In this document: in pieces, positions 46,244-56,236 of the stretch | How the letters are laid out: each line of letters opens with the position of its first letter | Position numbering within the stretch: position 1 is the stretch's first letter | NCBI GenBank assembly: GCA_964429815.1 | Contig: CAYSCM010000001.1 | Coordinates: 32,001-96,000, forward strand | Origin: an uncultured Candidatus Saccharibacteria bacterium | GTDB taxonomy: Bacteria; Patescibacteriota; Minisyncoccia; Phycocordibacterales; CAYSCM01 | DNA length: 64,000 nt | Reading direction: 5' to 3' | Translations under genes and position numbers: made by a program | The notes under the pieces: generated by a model | The model's input: only the letters and a program-made list of their open reading frames with translations | Database searches by the model: none | Told to the model about the DNA's origin: nothing

Positions 46244-46927
46244 CTATGTACCTTCGACCATGACGACGAATTCACCCCGCACCGTATCGGGATTTTCCGC
46301 AAAGTGGGATTCGATCTCCGAAACGGTGCCCACCAGCGTCTCCTCGTACACCTTGGTGAGCTCGCGCGCGACCGCAATGCGCCGGGTTGGCGGGAGATGC
46401 GCCCTGAGCGACGCGAGGGTTTTCATAATGCGGTGCGGGGATTCATAGAAGACAACGACGCGAGATGAAGCGGCTATTTCCCTAAAGAGGGTTTCTCTCC
46501 CTTTTTTGTGGGGCAAAAAACCCAAGAAAGTAAATTCAGATACCGGAAATCCAGACGTTGAGAGAGCCGCAATCGCCGCGTTTGGTCCCGGAATGGCAAT
46601 AATTTTTACCTCAGGGAGCTTTTCGCGGATAAGAGCAACGAGACGAGAGCCTGGATCTGAAATTCCTGGAGTTCCTGCATCCGAAACAAGTGCCGCGCTC
46701 TTTTCCTCCGTGAGGGCGTCGAGAATTTCTCCGTGGCGTTTATCGGAGGCATGCGCGTTATAAGAAAGCATAGGCTTTTTGAGACCATATTCGTGGAGAA
46801 GCTTGCCGGTCACTCGTGTGTCTTCGCATACGACAATATCGACCTCAGAGAGTACTCGCAGCGCCCGCGAGGTAATATCCTCGAGATTACCGATGGGGGT
46901 CGCGACGATGTAGAGCATGACGGCCAT
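46244..46927 (-). CDS. rsmI: 16S rRNA (cytidine1402-2'-O)-methyltransferase
   Basis: The tetrapyrrole-methylase-fold N-terminus LYIVATPIGNLEDIT and overall length match RsmI. Confidence 0.75.
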   Translation of the reverse strand: MAVMLYIVATPIGNLEDITSRALRVLSEVDIVVCEDTRVTGKLLHEYGLKKPMLSYNAHASDKRHGEILDALTEEKSAALVSDAGTPGISDPGSRLVALIREKLPEVKIIAIPGPNAAIAALSTSGFPVSEFTFLGFLPHKKGRETLFREIAASSRVVVFYESPHRIMKTLASLRAHLPPTRRIAVARELTKVYEETLVGTVSEIESHFAENPDTVRGEFVVMVEGT

Positions 46928-47006
46928 GGCATGAACCTACCACAATTTGCCGAAGCTCGGAAAAGGGGTTTAATGGGTAACGGAACGGTGCAAAAAGGAG
47001 TTCGCA

Positions 47007-47231
47007 ATGCCGAGAAAAAAGCTCGAGGACATGCTTAATGCCACTGCGGAAGATTGGGCGAAGATCCCCCCCGATCCGGATGGACGCCGTATGGTATCCG
47101 TATCCGGCCCTCTCGAGGGGGATCTTCTCAGCGCCGCTCATGCCGCGCTTCATCACGGCGTCGGTCTCAAAGCCAGGACGAAAGAGGCAAAACTCTCTAT
47201 GCATGAGAACGTGTCCGAGCAGGACAAATAA
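47007..47231 (+). CDS. small hypothetical protein (74 aa)
   Basis: AAAGGAG 7 nt upstream of the ATG. Followed by the terminator at 47245..47276. Confidence 0.45.
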   Translation: MPRKKLEDMLNATAEDWAKIPPDPDGRRMVSVSGPLEGDLLSAAHAALHHGVGLKARTKEAKLSMHENVSEQDK

Positions 47232-47244
47232 CGCCTGCGCCCCA

Positions 47245-47276
47245 GGACGCCCGCCACAAACGGGCGTCTATTTTTT
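47245..47276 (+). terminator. rho-independent terminator
   Basis: GACGCCCG-CCACAAA-CGGGCGTC followed by TATTTTTTT. Confidence 0.65.
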
Positions 47277-47810
47277 TGGAAAAATCGCCATACGGCGCCA
47301 GTCCAGAAAGAATGCCGGGAGAGGAACAAAATAGTTTTTGAGAGCATCCTTCTCCGAACCGGCGGGGTCGTGATAGAAAAAACCTGCGATTTCCCCGCCC
47401 TCACCCTCTCGAACCCCCACTAAAAGTACCTGATGGAATTTACGTTGATCCCAGAGGCGTAGTTGTGTCGAAATTATAACAGGATTCCCTATCTTAATGG
47501 CATTGCGAATCTGTGTGATATCGCGCTCGGACATCTGCTCTTTTCGCTCACATCCAAAACCAAATCTTTGTATAAGCGAGACCGAATAGTCATGTATCCA
47601 CCCCGAATCGCCGTAGCCTCCTTCCCTCATACCCCGTGCAATGAGTTCATCGAGACTCGGCAATTTTGCACCAAAGTACGCAAGCGCCATGTATACACAG
47701 GTCATCCCGCAGGAAAAAATACGTGAGTCAGGATTTTTGACGTCACGATACTGGGAATAGTAGGGAACTTCGAGAATCGTATCCGTGAAGGTTATCTGTC
47801 GGGTCATCAT
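47268..47810 (-). CDS. papain-like cysteine peptidase, C39-like domain protein
   Basis: Putative catalytic Cys in FSCGMTCVYMA with a downstream His. About 180 aa, as in stand-alone C39-like proteins. Confidence 0.5.
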   Translation of the reverse strand: MMTRQITFTDTILEVPYYSQYRDVKNPDSRIFSCGMTCVYMALAYFGAKLPSLDELIARGMREGGYGDSGWIHDYSVSLIQRFGFGCERKEQMSERDITQIRNAIKIGNPVIISTQLRLWDQRKFHQVLLVGVREGEGGEIAGFFYHDPAGSEKDALKNYFVPLPAFFLDWRRMAIFPKK

Positions 47811-47817
47811 GGTTGTA

Positions 47818-48282
47818 TTACGAAGTTAGAAATGGGTGGATATAAATAGCTGCCACCTTACGAACAGGATTACCCTCCGCCTGTGCCGCGTAATGTAGAG
47901 GATGTTCAATCGGGATGCGATATTCGAAACGGCTGCTGACGGCGGTCTTTTCGTTGAGCACAAAACCGTTGTGCTCATGCATTTCCTCATCTCTCTGTTT
48001 TATTTTTTCCCAAAGAACGACAGCTCCAGGGACTGGTTTATCCGTTGTGGTCCATCCTGATGCTTCCATATCCCGTGTCGTGCCCGAGACTGTGGCATGA
48101 ACTTCCTTAAGCAACTTGAAGTGGTACAGGATTGAAGAAACAAAATAAGCGCAAGAAACATCACCGTCGCGCAAGATGTCCTCCTTCTTGCCATCCACCT
48201 CCGCATAAAGAGTGCGAAAAAGGTTCGAACCGACCGAGTTGCGGATCATCGCGAGGTAGGTGTCCTTCAATAAAAATTTCAT
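47818..48282 (-). CDS. hypothetical protein, possible second papain-like (Cys-His) fold
   Basis: GDVSCAYFVSSI candidate nucleophile plus downstream HEHNGF. Tandem with the C39-like gene. Confidence 0.35.
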   Translation of the reverse strand: MKFLLKDTYLAMIRNSVGSNLFRTLYAEVDGKKEDILRDGDVSCAYFVSSILYHFKLLKEVHATVSGTTRDMEASGWTTTDKPVPGAVVLWEKIKQRDEEMHEHNGFVLNEKTAVSSRFEYRIPIEHPLHYAAQAEGNPVRKVAAIYIHPFLTS

Positions 48283-48308
48283 TTCCCGATACTACTTTAT
48301 TTTACTGA

Positions 48309-48392
48309 GGTGGGCGAGGGGAGAGTTGAACTCCCAATCCTTGCGGAATACGCTTCTGAGGCGTACGTGTATACCAATTCCACCACTCGCCC
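48309..48392 (-). tRNA. tRNA-Leu (anticodon CAG), class II with long variable arm
   Basis: Minus-strand read GGGCGAG...TACGC-CTCAGAA-GCGTA...GGGAGTTCAACTCTCCC-CTCGCCC-ACC. Good acceptor, anticodon and T arms. Confidence 0.75.
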
Positions 48393-48544
48393 GTCTGTTC
48401 CATCCTACTCAAATATGAAAACGGGTCTAGCCGACATCAGACCGCGTGGGTCTCATTTAAAGGCGCCATCAATCCGATTTAAGCCTTCGACACACTGTTC
48501 TGTCAGCCGACTGGCGAGGGGCGGAAAAGCTGTACCGTCCTGTG

Positions 48545-48616
48545 TGCGAGTGGAAGGAATCGAACCTTCGACCTCTGTCTTATCAGGACAGCGTTCTACC
48601 ACTGAACTACACTCGC
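48545..48616 (-). tRNA. tRNA-Ile (anticodon GAU)
   Basis: Minus-strand read GCGAGTG-TA-GTTCAGTGGTAGAAC-G-CTGTC-CTGATAA-GACAG-...GAAGGTTCGATTCCTTC-CACTCGC-A. CCA not encoded. Confidence 0.75.
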
Positions 48617-48923
48617 AATGAGGTGGATACTAGCAAGAGAGCGCCTCCCTATCAACAGCTCCCCCTTCATGCGGGGTGCGTTTGGTCGGTACAATGATGG
48701 TGGTTCCAGTAGAAAGGAGAGAACCTTTGTGCGGTTGGTCACGACGTACACTCAAACGGGATCGCGGTCGTAGCCGAGAAATTCGGTCAAAGCCCATCCA
48801 GGAGGAGCTTTCCCTGCTCACCCCGAATGTCTCACGTGTCCTTCCCGAAGCCACAGTCGCTCCACCGGCGAGTCGCTCCGCGCGGCTCCCCTCACAGCAG
48901 CGACTCGCTGAGCTCTATGCCGC

Positions 48924-48975
48924 AAGGAGGTGATCCAGTCGCGTAAGAGCCCTACCAAGGCGCTTACGACTACCG
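48924..48975 (-). other. orphan 16S rRNA 3'-terminal-like segment (h45-like hairpin plus exact CTGGATCACCTCCTT)
   Basis: Minus-strand read GTAGTCGTAAGCGCCTTGGTAGGGCTCTTACGCGACTGGATCACCTCCTT. An exact 15-mer of the universal 16S 3' end, lying 1.6 kb downstream of the 16S body. Confidence 0.55.
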
Positions 48976-49028
48976 TTTTCGAACGTTCTTTCTTTCAAGC
49001 GCGCCGCGTTAGCGGCGCGCTTTCTATT

Positions 49029-49057
49029 CAAAAAAAGACCCGCTCTCAGAGCGGGTC
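49029..49057 (-). terminator. rho-independent terminator after the three small membrane-protein genes
   Basis: GACCCGCTC-TCA-GAGCGGGTC with an A7 run on the plus strand, which is T7 on the minus strand. Confidence 0.6.
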
Positions 49058-49069
49058 AGGTACGGGGGG

Positions 49070-49477
49070 TTATGCATCGTCGCGGTGACATAGCCGCAGG
49101 AGCGCACTAACGATGAGGACAGCTCCGAGGACGACCGGGGTGAACGCGGCGTTGAGTTCCCTATGGATGCCTAACCGGAGACCAATGAAGGTGACGACGA
49201 GGCCACCGAAGAACAGGATCGCGCTTTTCTCCACGTACGGGCTCCAGATTCGACAGAGGATGCCGCGCCATCCTCCCGTCATGAGAGCGGAAGCTACCAC
49301 CCCCAAGCTGTAGGAGGGAAAAGAATCCGTTTCCCGAACGAGGGCGTGGACGAAAAGCATGAGCCCGAGGAGAAAGACAAACGTGCCGAGTCCGATGATA
49401 AGCCGAGCCACGATGGACTCGCGAAGAACGCGAGGACGACTCCAATCGTGAAAAAGCTTGGTGGAGCGTTGAGACAT
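49070..49477 (-). CDS. small integral membrane protein (about 4 TM helices), hypothetical
   Basis: ATG 49477 is preceded by AAGGAGG at 8-nt spacing. The track ORF begins at GTG 49510. Hydrophobic throughout. Confidence 0.45.
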   Translation of the reverse strand: MSQRSTKLFHDWSRPRVLRESIVARLIIGLGTFVFLLGLMLFVHALVRETDSFPSYSLGVVASALMTGGWRGILCRIWSPYVEKSAILFFGGLVVTFIGLRLGIHRELNAAFTPVVLGAVLIVSALLRLCHRDDA

Positions 49478-49561
49478 GGATGGACCCTCCTTCTTTCGTC
49501 GTGATACCACTCTTCCTGAGCCGCCGCAACCTGTGGAAAACCGTTACGCAAGAAGGCCGCC

Positions 49562-49771
49562 CTACGGGCGGCCTTGCGGCTTTTTCTCGGCGCGACAGAT
49601 AAAGACGCACAGTATCATAAGCGCGATCGCGATGATGATAAAGAGCGTCCCCGCCGGCAGCGCATGAACAGGTTTTCCGCGTTGGATGATGCCGCCGATG
49701 AGCGCGGCAAAGCCGGCACCGGCAAGAACGAGCGCGAAGAAAGCCGTTGTGAGATTCGCTGCCTTTTTCAT
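49562..49771 (-). CDS. small membrane protein (2 TM), hypothetical
   Basis: ATG 49771 is preceded by GAGG. 69 aa with two hydrophobic helices. Confidence 0.4.
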   Translation of the reverse strand: MKKAANLTTAFFALVLAGAGFAALIGGIIQRGKPVHALPAGTLFIIIAIALMILCVFICRAEKKPQGRP

Positions 49772-49996
49772 GGGAGCCTCACGAGCGGTCCGTGGAAGTA
49801 GAGAAACACGTCGAGCGCCAAACTGAAAAAGAACAGGCTTAGCAGGATACGTTTCTTCCCGCTTGGGCCCGAGAACGCCTTGATGGGATGCATGCTAGCC
49901 CTCCCTGGTACCTTGGCACATCCTAGCTAAAGAGGCATGCCGGCGCAATCTAAGAAGAGCGCCGCCGGTGGTGCCGGCGGCGTCGTGTCCCCACGA

Positions 49997-50251
49997 TCAA
50001 GGGAAGGTTCGGTCGATGAACGAGCCGAAGTAGCCGACGCCGAAGCCGAGTCCGAGGTACTGGAGCGGTCGGAGCGGTGCCTCGAGCATGTTGACGGCAG
50101 CGTAGGCGCCGAGCATCCAGGCTATACCTACCGTGAGCGCCCCGGCGGCCACGCCGGTCGCAACGTCACGGTACCAAGAGGCCTGAGCGTCCCACATGTG
50201 GTCGAGGCGCTCGAGTCCAGTGCGATAGTTCCGTAGGGTTCCGTCGGGCAT
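49997..50251 (-). CDS. small membrane protein with glycine-zipper helices, hypothetical
   Basis: ATG 50251 is preceded by AAAGGAGG at 5-nt spacing. 84 aa. Confidence 0.45.
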   Translation of the reverse strand: MPDGTLRNYRTGLERLDHMWDAQASWYRDVATGVAAGALTVGIAWMLGAYAAVNMLEAPLRPLQYLGLGFGVGYFGSFIDRTFP

Positions 50252-50325
50252 AGGAACCTCCTTTCCTTTCCCGTCCCTGTTCTACCGAAGTTTTGCGCTC
50301 TACACAATGGCTTCCTCCCCATGCG

Positions 50326-50355
50326 CAAAAAAGCCCCTTATAAGGGGCTTTTTTG
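50326..50355. terminator. bidirectional rho-independent terminator at the end of the 16S transcription unit
   Basis: 20-nt perfect palindrome AAGCCCCTTA/TAAGGGGCTT flanked by an A6 run and a T6 run. Confidence 0.7.
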
Positions 50356-50359
50356 CGTT

Positions 50360-50388
50360 GGTACCAGAGTCTCTTTTGTTCCGTTCAA
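50360..50388 (-). other. 3' half of the 16S precursor processing stem
   Basis: Reverse-complementary, 27 of 29 nt, to 51987..52015 upstream of the 16S 5' end. Classic RNase III stem geometry. Confidence 0.6.
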
Positions 50389-50528
50389 TATACCAGTACG
50401 CATTTCTGGAAAGCGAGCAGACTTTAAAGACATACTGCTATGGTCTACTTCCGTACTCGATCGAGATACAGAATATCGACCGGATAAGTCTTACCTTCCG
50501 AAGAAGGAGACAGTTCCGATTGGAATTA

Positions 50529-51973
<1,445 letters not shown>

Positions 51974-51986
51974 AGCTAAGAATTCG

Positions 51987-52015
51987 TTGAACGGAACAAA
52001 AGAGAGGCTGGTACC
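51987..52015 (-). other. 5' half of the 16S precursor processing stem
   Basis: Complementary to 50360..50388. Confidence 0.6.
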
Positions 52016-52230
52016 TCCTTCTTGATTCCTTTTACCCGTCCGAGCCGCAAAGCGGTTAGGATTAGGGTTTTTTGATCAGACTACACCGCCCTGGTTGGCG
52101 GCTAATCTAGTTGAACAGATTTTGTCTGCTCGCACATAACGTTCTTTGATTATCAATGATCACTACCTCATTGGCCGTTCGCCTCAAGCGGATTAGGCCG
52201 AAACAAAAACCTGCCCAAGGCAGTGCAGAC

Positions 52231-52258
52231 AGTATACGCAGAATTTGATGGGTGTCAA
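52231..52258 (-). promoter_or_regulatory. sigma-70-type rRNA promoter TTGACA-N16-TATACT (minus strand)
   Basis: Minus-strand TTGACA at 52258..52253 and TATACT at 52236..52231, about 260 nt upstream of the 16S 5' end. Confidence 0.5.
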
Positions 52259-52386
52259 ATGAAGGTCGCTCGCACACATCTTTTTGGAAACACGCATAAA
52301 ATAGGGCTTATTTTTGCTCCGCTCGCGCCGTCGCTCTGTGCGAGGTTTCCAAAAAGAGAATGCTCGCTCAAACAGGAAATGTAAAA

Positions 52387-52989
52387 TCAGATTGCGCCAC
52401 TCTGTGGAGGTTTTTTATTGAGATGTTGCCCAAAGAACGCCAGAGCTGTGATCGTTGTGTTGGCAAAAATCAAATAAATCGGATAAATCAGGTTAGCAAT
52501 ATCGAATTTTGTAGTCGAGACGGCAGCTAGAATTGCAGCGACGGCAATCATTGCCCACCCGAGAACGTTTTCTGAATAGGGCTCTCGATATGTCTTGGCT
52601 ATTGTCGGAATAGTCGAAATCAGGTCAGCCAGTACCGCTAGAATGAGCGCTACGAGAGGTTGTTTTGTAATTTGCCACAAACCTATAGCGATTATTGCTA
52701 GAGCAAAACAAGTATAATCAAGTGCCCCGTATTTTCTGTACCCATAACCAGACAAAGCAACAACAAGAATAAGCGCAGTGTTAAAAGTTGTTGTTATCAA
52801 GATTATGATGGACCACGATGCGCCGGCACTGAACTGAGCGGCTATGGCAATAATTTGTAGCGTGGTCCAAAGAACAAATGAAATTATATTTGGCCGAGTC
52901 GTACCCTTTATCATGCTTCTGACATAGGGGAAAACAGAGGCAATCTGGATTATTCCAGCAATAATTCCAACTACCGCATGCCAATCCAT
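52387..52989 (-). CDS. integral membrane protein (about 6 TM), hypothetical
   Basis: ATG 52989 (MDWHAVVGIIAGIIQ...) lies 2 nt after the secF stop. The track ORF 52387..53211 includes an unlikely basic N-terminal extension that overlaps secF. Confidence 0.5.
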   Translation of the reverse strand: MDWHAVVGIIAGIIQIASVFPYVRSMIKGTTRPNIISFVLWTTLQIIAIAAQFSAGASWSIIILITTTFNTALILVVALSGYGYRKYGALDYTCFALAIIAIGLWQITKQPLVALILAVLADLISTIPTIAKTYREPYSENVLGWAMIAVAAILAAVSTTKFDIANLIYPIYLIFANTTITALAFFGQHLNKKPPQSGAI

Positions 52990-52990
52990 C

Positions 52991-53893
52991 TTATTTCTTC
53001 TGCCAGCGCTCGATGGTGACGAGAAGTGGCGAGCCGAGGAAAATTGAGGAGTAGGTACCAGCGGCAATACCAATGAGAAGGGCAAGGGCGAAATTTTTGG
53101 TCGCCTCCGCGCCGAAAAAGTAAAGCGCGAGGAGCGAGAGGAGCACGGAGAGCGAGGTGTTGATCGAGCGATTAAAGGTCTGCGCAATACTCTTCCCAAC
53201 CGTAGTCCCAAACTCTTCCCGAATTCCCTGCTGGTGATTCACGCGGAGATTTTCACGCACGCGGTCGAAGACGACGATGGTATCGTGGACCGAAAAACCG
53301 AGCACCACGAGAAGCGCAGTGACAAAGAGCGTATCCACCTCAAACCCGGCATAGTGTCCGAGTATCGCAAATACCCCCGTTGGAATGATGACGTTATGGA
53401 TAAGCCCCACAATGGCGACCAATCCATACTTCCACGATGAAACAGGCTGCGACACCTTGCGAAACGCGAACGCGATGAAGAGGAGGATGGCCACGATGAC
53501 GAGCGCGACCGCGATCGTCGACTTGGTGCGAAGTTCCGAGCCGATCGTGGGGCCGATAGAGTTGTGCTGCTCACTCGTGATCTTCGCCGTCCCCCCGAGA
53601 GAAAGGGCGTTGAGAACTGCCACACGCTCTGGCTCTTGGAGATCTCGCGAACGAAGGATGTAACCATCGACTCCTGTGGGGCGCAGCGAGTAGGTTCCGA
53701 GCGTGAGAGTATTTAATTTACCCTCAGCCGCGGTTTTATCGGGCACTTGTCCCGCGTAGTGGACCTCTGTGAGAGCCCCGCCGGTAAAATCAATGCCGAG
53801 CTGAAGTCCAAAGAAAACAATCGCAAGGAGAGAGAGCCCCACCAGGACGGCGGAGAGGGCGTAGAAGAGTTTTCGATAAGTGATGACGAACAT
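52991..53893 (-). CDS. secF: protein translocase subunit SecF
   Basis: Six-TM SecF topology with a conserved N-terminal periplasmic domain (GIDFTGG). Confidence 0.8.
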   Translation of the reverse strand: MFVITYRKLFYALSAVLVGLSLLAIVFFGLQLGIDFTGGALTEVHYAGQVPDKTAAEGKLNTLTLGTYSLRPTGVDGYILRSRDLQEPERVAVLNALSLGGTAKITSEQHNSIGPTIGSELRTKSTIAVALVIVAILLFIAFAFRKVSQPVSSWKYGLVAIVGLIHNVIIPTGVFAILGHYAGFEVDTLFVTALLVVLGFSVHDTIVVFDRVRENLRVNHQQGIREEFGTTVGKSIAQTFNRSINTSLSVLLSLLALYFFGAEATKNFALALLIGIAAGTYSSIFLGSPLLVTIERWQKK

Positions 53894-53895
53894 AG

Positions 53896-55245
53896 CTAGA
53901 ATTTGAACCCGTTACCAAAGAGTGCTCGCACTGCGCCCTTGTTTTCCCGGTGAAGAAGGCCGAGCGCATAAAGGAAGGTACGGCTTATAGAGACCGCGGT
54001 AAACATCGAGACGAGGACCCCGACCCCGAAGACAAGCGCAAAACCTTTAATAACCGCTGTGCCGCCAAGCCAGTAGAGGATAAAGGCGGTAATGATGGAA
54101 GAAATATTTGAGTCGCGGATTGAAGGCCACGCACGCGCAAAGCCTTCACGGATGGCTTCACCGAGCTTGTGTCCACGATTGAGCTCCTCTTTCATACGCT
54201 CGAATATGAGAATGTTCGCGTCAACCGCCATACCGACAGAGAGAATGAATCCTGCGATGCCGGCCGCAGTGAGCGTCACCGGGATGATCTTAAAGAGCGC
54301 GAGCATCATGACGACGTACATTCCGAGCGCCAGAATAGAGATGAGGCCGGGGAGGCGGTACCACAGGAGCATGAAGAGGGCGACGGCAAGGAAGCCGAGT
54401 TCGCCCGCATAGACACTCTTAGCTGCTGCCGCTTCTCCGAGCGAGGCACCGATCGTTTGAGTCCCGATAAGGGAAATGGGTACAGGGAGCGCGCCGAAAT
54501 TGAGGCTCTGCACAAGATCGCGCGCCTCGGTCGGCGTAAAGTTCCCGGAAATCGTCGCTTTACCACCAGTGATGGCCTCGCGGATGACTGGGGTCGATAT
54601 CGGTACGCCGTCGAGGAAAATGCCCAGTACGCCGCCTACATGCTCGCGCGTAATCTTTTCAAAAAGCGCCGAACCTTCCGCATTGAATTCGATCGACACG
54701 ATCGGTTGATTAATGTTCGCGCCACCCTGCCCTGTCCCGAAATTGAGCGTTGCGCGGGAGAAGAGGCGCCCGGTGAGGCCGGTGTCCGTGAAGGCCGAGT
54801 TGACGTCGAAAGTTTTGGCCTCTGAGGAGCCCGGCTCCGGTATCTTCGCGTCCGGCTTCATGAGCTTGAACTCAAGGAGAGGCGTCTTGCCGATGGCGAA
54901 AATCGCGGCGTTTACGTCCGTGACGCCAGGAAGCTCGACGATGAGGCGGTTCTCGGAGACGCCGGAGAGCGCGCTTGCGCGCTCCACCTGCACGAGAGGC
55001 TCCGAGACACCGAAAGCATTTACACGGCTCTCAATGACGGTGCGCAGCACTTCCATCGATGGTCCAATGTCGCCGGAAGCAACCTTTTTGGTGTCGGCTT
55101 TGTAGACGAGATGCGACCCGCCCGAGAGGTCGAGGCCGAGCTTAAAGGCGAAGCGCCCCGGGGAAAGCTGGGAGTGATAGACGAAGTAGCCGACCGCAAT
55201 CCCTGCGATGAGTATTAAAATGGCACTGACGCGCTGCCATACCAT
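53896..55245 (-). CDS. secD: protein translocase subunit SecD
   Basis: SecD periplasmic-domain and TM-bundle motifs. Immediately upstream of secF. Start ambiguous between GTG 55281 and ATG 55245. Confidence 0.75.
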   Translation of the reverse strand: MVWQRVSAILILIAGIAVGYFVYHSQLSPGRFAFKLGLDLSGGSHLVYKADTKKVASGDIGPSMEVLRTVIESRVNAFGVSEPLVQVERASALSGVSENRLIVELPGVTDVNAAIFAIGKTPLLEFKLMKPDAKIPEPGSSEAKTFDVNSAFTDTGLTGRLFSRATLNFGTGQGGANINQPIVSIEFNAEGSALFEKITREHVGGVLGIFLDGVPISTPVIREAITGGKATISGNFTPTEARDLVQSLNFGALPVPISLIGTQTIGASLGEAAAAKSVYAGELGFLAVALFMLLWYRLPGLISILALGMYVVMMLALFKIIPVTLTAAGIAGFILSVGMAVDANILIFERMKEELNRGHKLGEAIREGFARAWPSIRDSNISSIITAFILYWLGGTAVIKGFALVFGVGVLVSMFTAVSISRTFLYALGLLHRENKGAVRALFGNGFKF

Positions 55246-55286
55246 GGGGGTGAGCTTAGCAGAAAACCCTACCGTATGCACTACTG

Positions 55287-56210
55287 CTACAGGAGCTCCT
55301 GGGTTTGTGTGAGACCTTCGATAAGCGTATGTCGAGGCACGTATCCGAGAATCTTTTTTGCCTTAGATATATCGGCAAAGCTGTGTGGGATATCTCCAGG
55401 GCGAGAGGGCGCAAAATGAGGCTCGATAGAGGTTCCAAGCACGGTGTTGATGGTCGCCACAAGTTCGCGAAGGTTCGTCCGCTCCAGCCCCCCCACATTG
55501 AAAACCTCGCCCGCGATACCCTCTTTCTCTGCCGCCAAGATATTTGCAGCCACGGCGTCGGAGACGTAGGTGAACGAGCGGGAAGCTGACCCATCGCCAT
55601 AAATAGTCGGCCGTTCCCCGGCCTTCATAAGTTTAATGAATTTGGGAATTACCGCGGAATACTCTGAATTCGGATCCTGCCGCGGCCCATAGATATTAAA
55701 ATAGCGTAGGGAGACAGTTTCGAGCCCGAAAAGCGAATAAAATTGTTTTGCGTACACCTCCCCGAGATATTTCTGCGCAGCATAGGGAGAAAGAGGATTG
55801 GGAGGCAAATCTTCGACCTGCGGTAGCACGGGCGTGTCGCCATAGTAGGAACTTGATGCGGCATACACCACTCGCTGGACGCCCGTGTCGCGGGCCGCGA
55901 GAAGTACCTGGAGCGTTCCCGTCGCATTCGCCTCATGCGAGGTAAGCGGGTCCCGTACGCTCTTGGGAACGGACGGTACCGCTGCCTGGTGGAACACAAC
56001 ATTAGCGCCCGAGAAAACGCGGGCGAGAGCGCCGAGGTCGAGAATGCTCGCCGGTATGAATTCGATACGGTCGGCAACACCTTTAAGATTTTCTGCACTA
56101 CCTGTTGATACGTCATCGACCACTCTGACGGTATACCCGCGCAACAGAAGCTCTTCAACGAGATGCGAACCAATGAATCCCGCACCTCCTGTTACCACAG
56201 CTCTTTTCAT
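55287..56210 (-). CDS. NAD-dependent UDP-sugar 4-epimerase-family protein
   Basis: AVVTGGAGFIGSHL and YAAQK motifs. ATG 56210 (MKRAVVTGGAGF). Confidence 0.65.
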   Translation of the reverse strand: MKRAVVTGGAGFIGSHLVEELLLRGYTVRVVDDVSTGSAENLKGVADRIEFIPASILDLGALARVFSGANVVFHQAAVPSVPKSVRDPLTSHEANATGTLQVLLAARDTGVQRVVYAASSSYYGDTPVLPQVEDLPPNPLSPYAAQKYLGEVYAKQFYSLFGLETVSLRYFNIYGPRQDPNSEYSAVIPKFIKLMKAGERPTIYGDGSASRSFTYVSDAVAANILAAEKEGIAGEVFNVGGLERTNLRELVATINTVLGTSIEPHFAPSRPGDIPHSFADISKAKKILGYVPRHTLIEGLTQTQELL

Positions 56211-56236
56211 GGTAGGTGTAACGACCTTCATGCGGC

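Noticed and set aside
48395-48544. Additional tRNA (e.g. tRNA-Ala) between tRNA-Leu and tRNA-Ile
   Set aside because: No T-arm (GTTCGA-like) or cloverleaf could be built from this segment.
48924-48938. AAGGAGGTGATCCAG on the plus strand read as a Shine-Dalgarno for a plus-strand gene
   Set aside because: No start codon or ORF follows. The 15-mer is the exact reverse complement of the universal 16S 3' end, so it is interpreted as an rRNA-derived segment.
52387-53211. Track ORF 52387..53211 as a single 274-aa protein
   Set aside because: The first 74 codons overlap the 3' end of secF in another frame and encode a basic low-complexity peptide. The ATG at 52989, 2 nt after the secF stop, is the plausible start.
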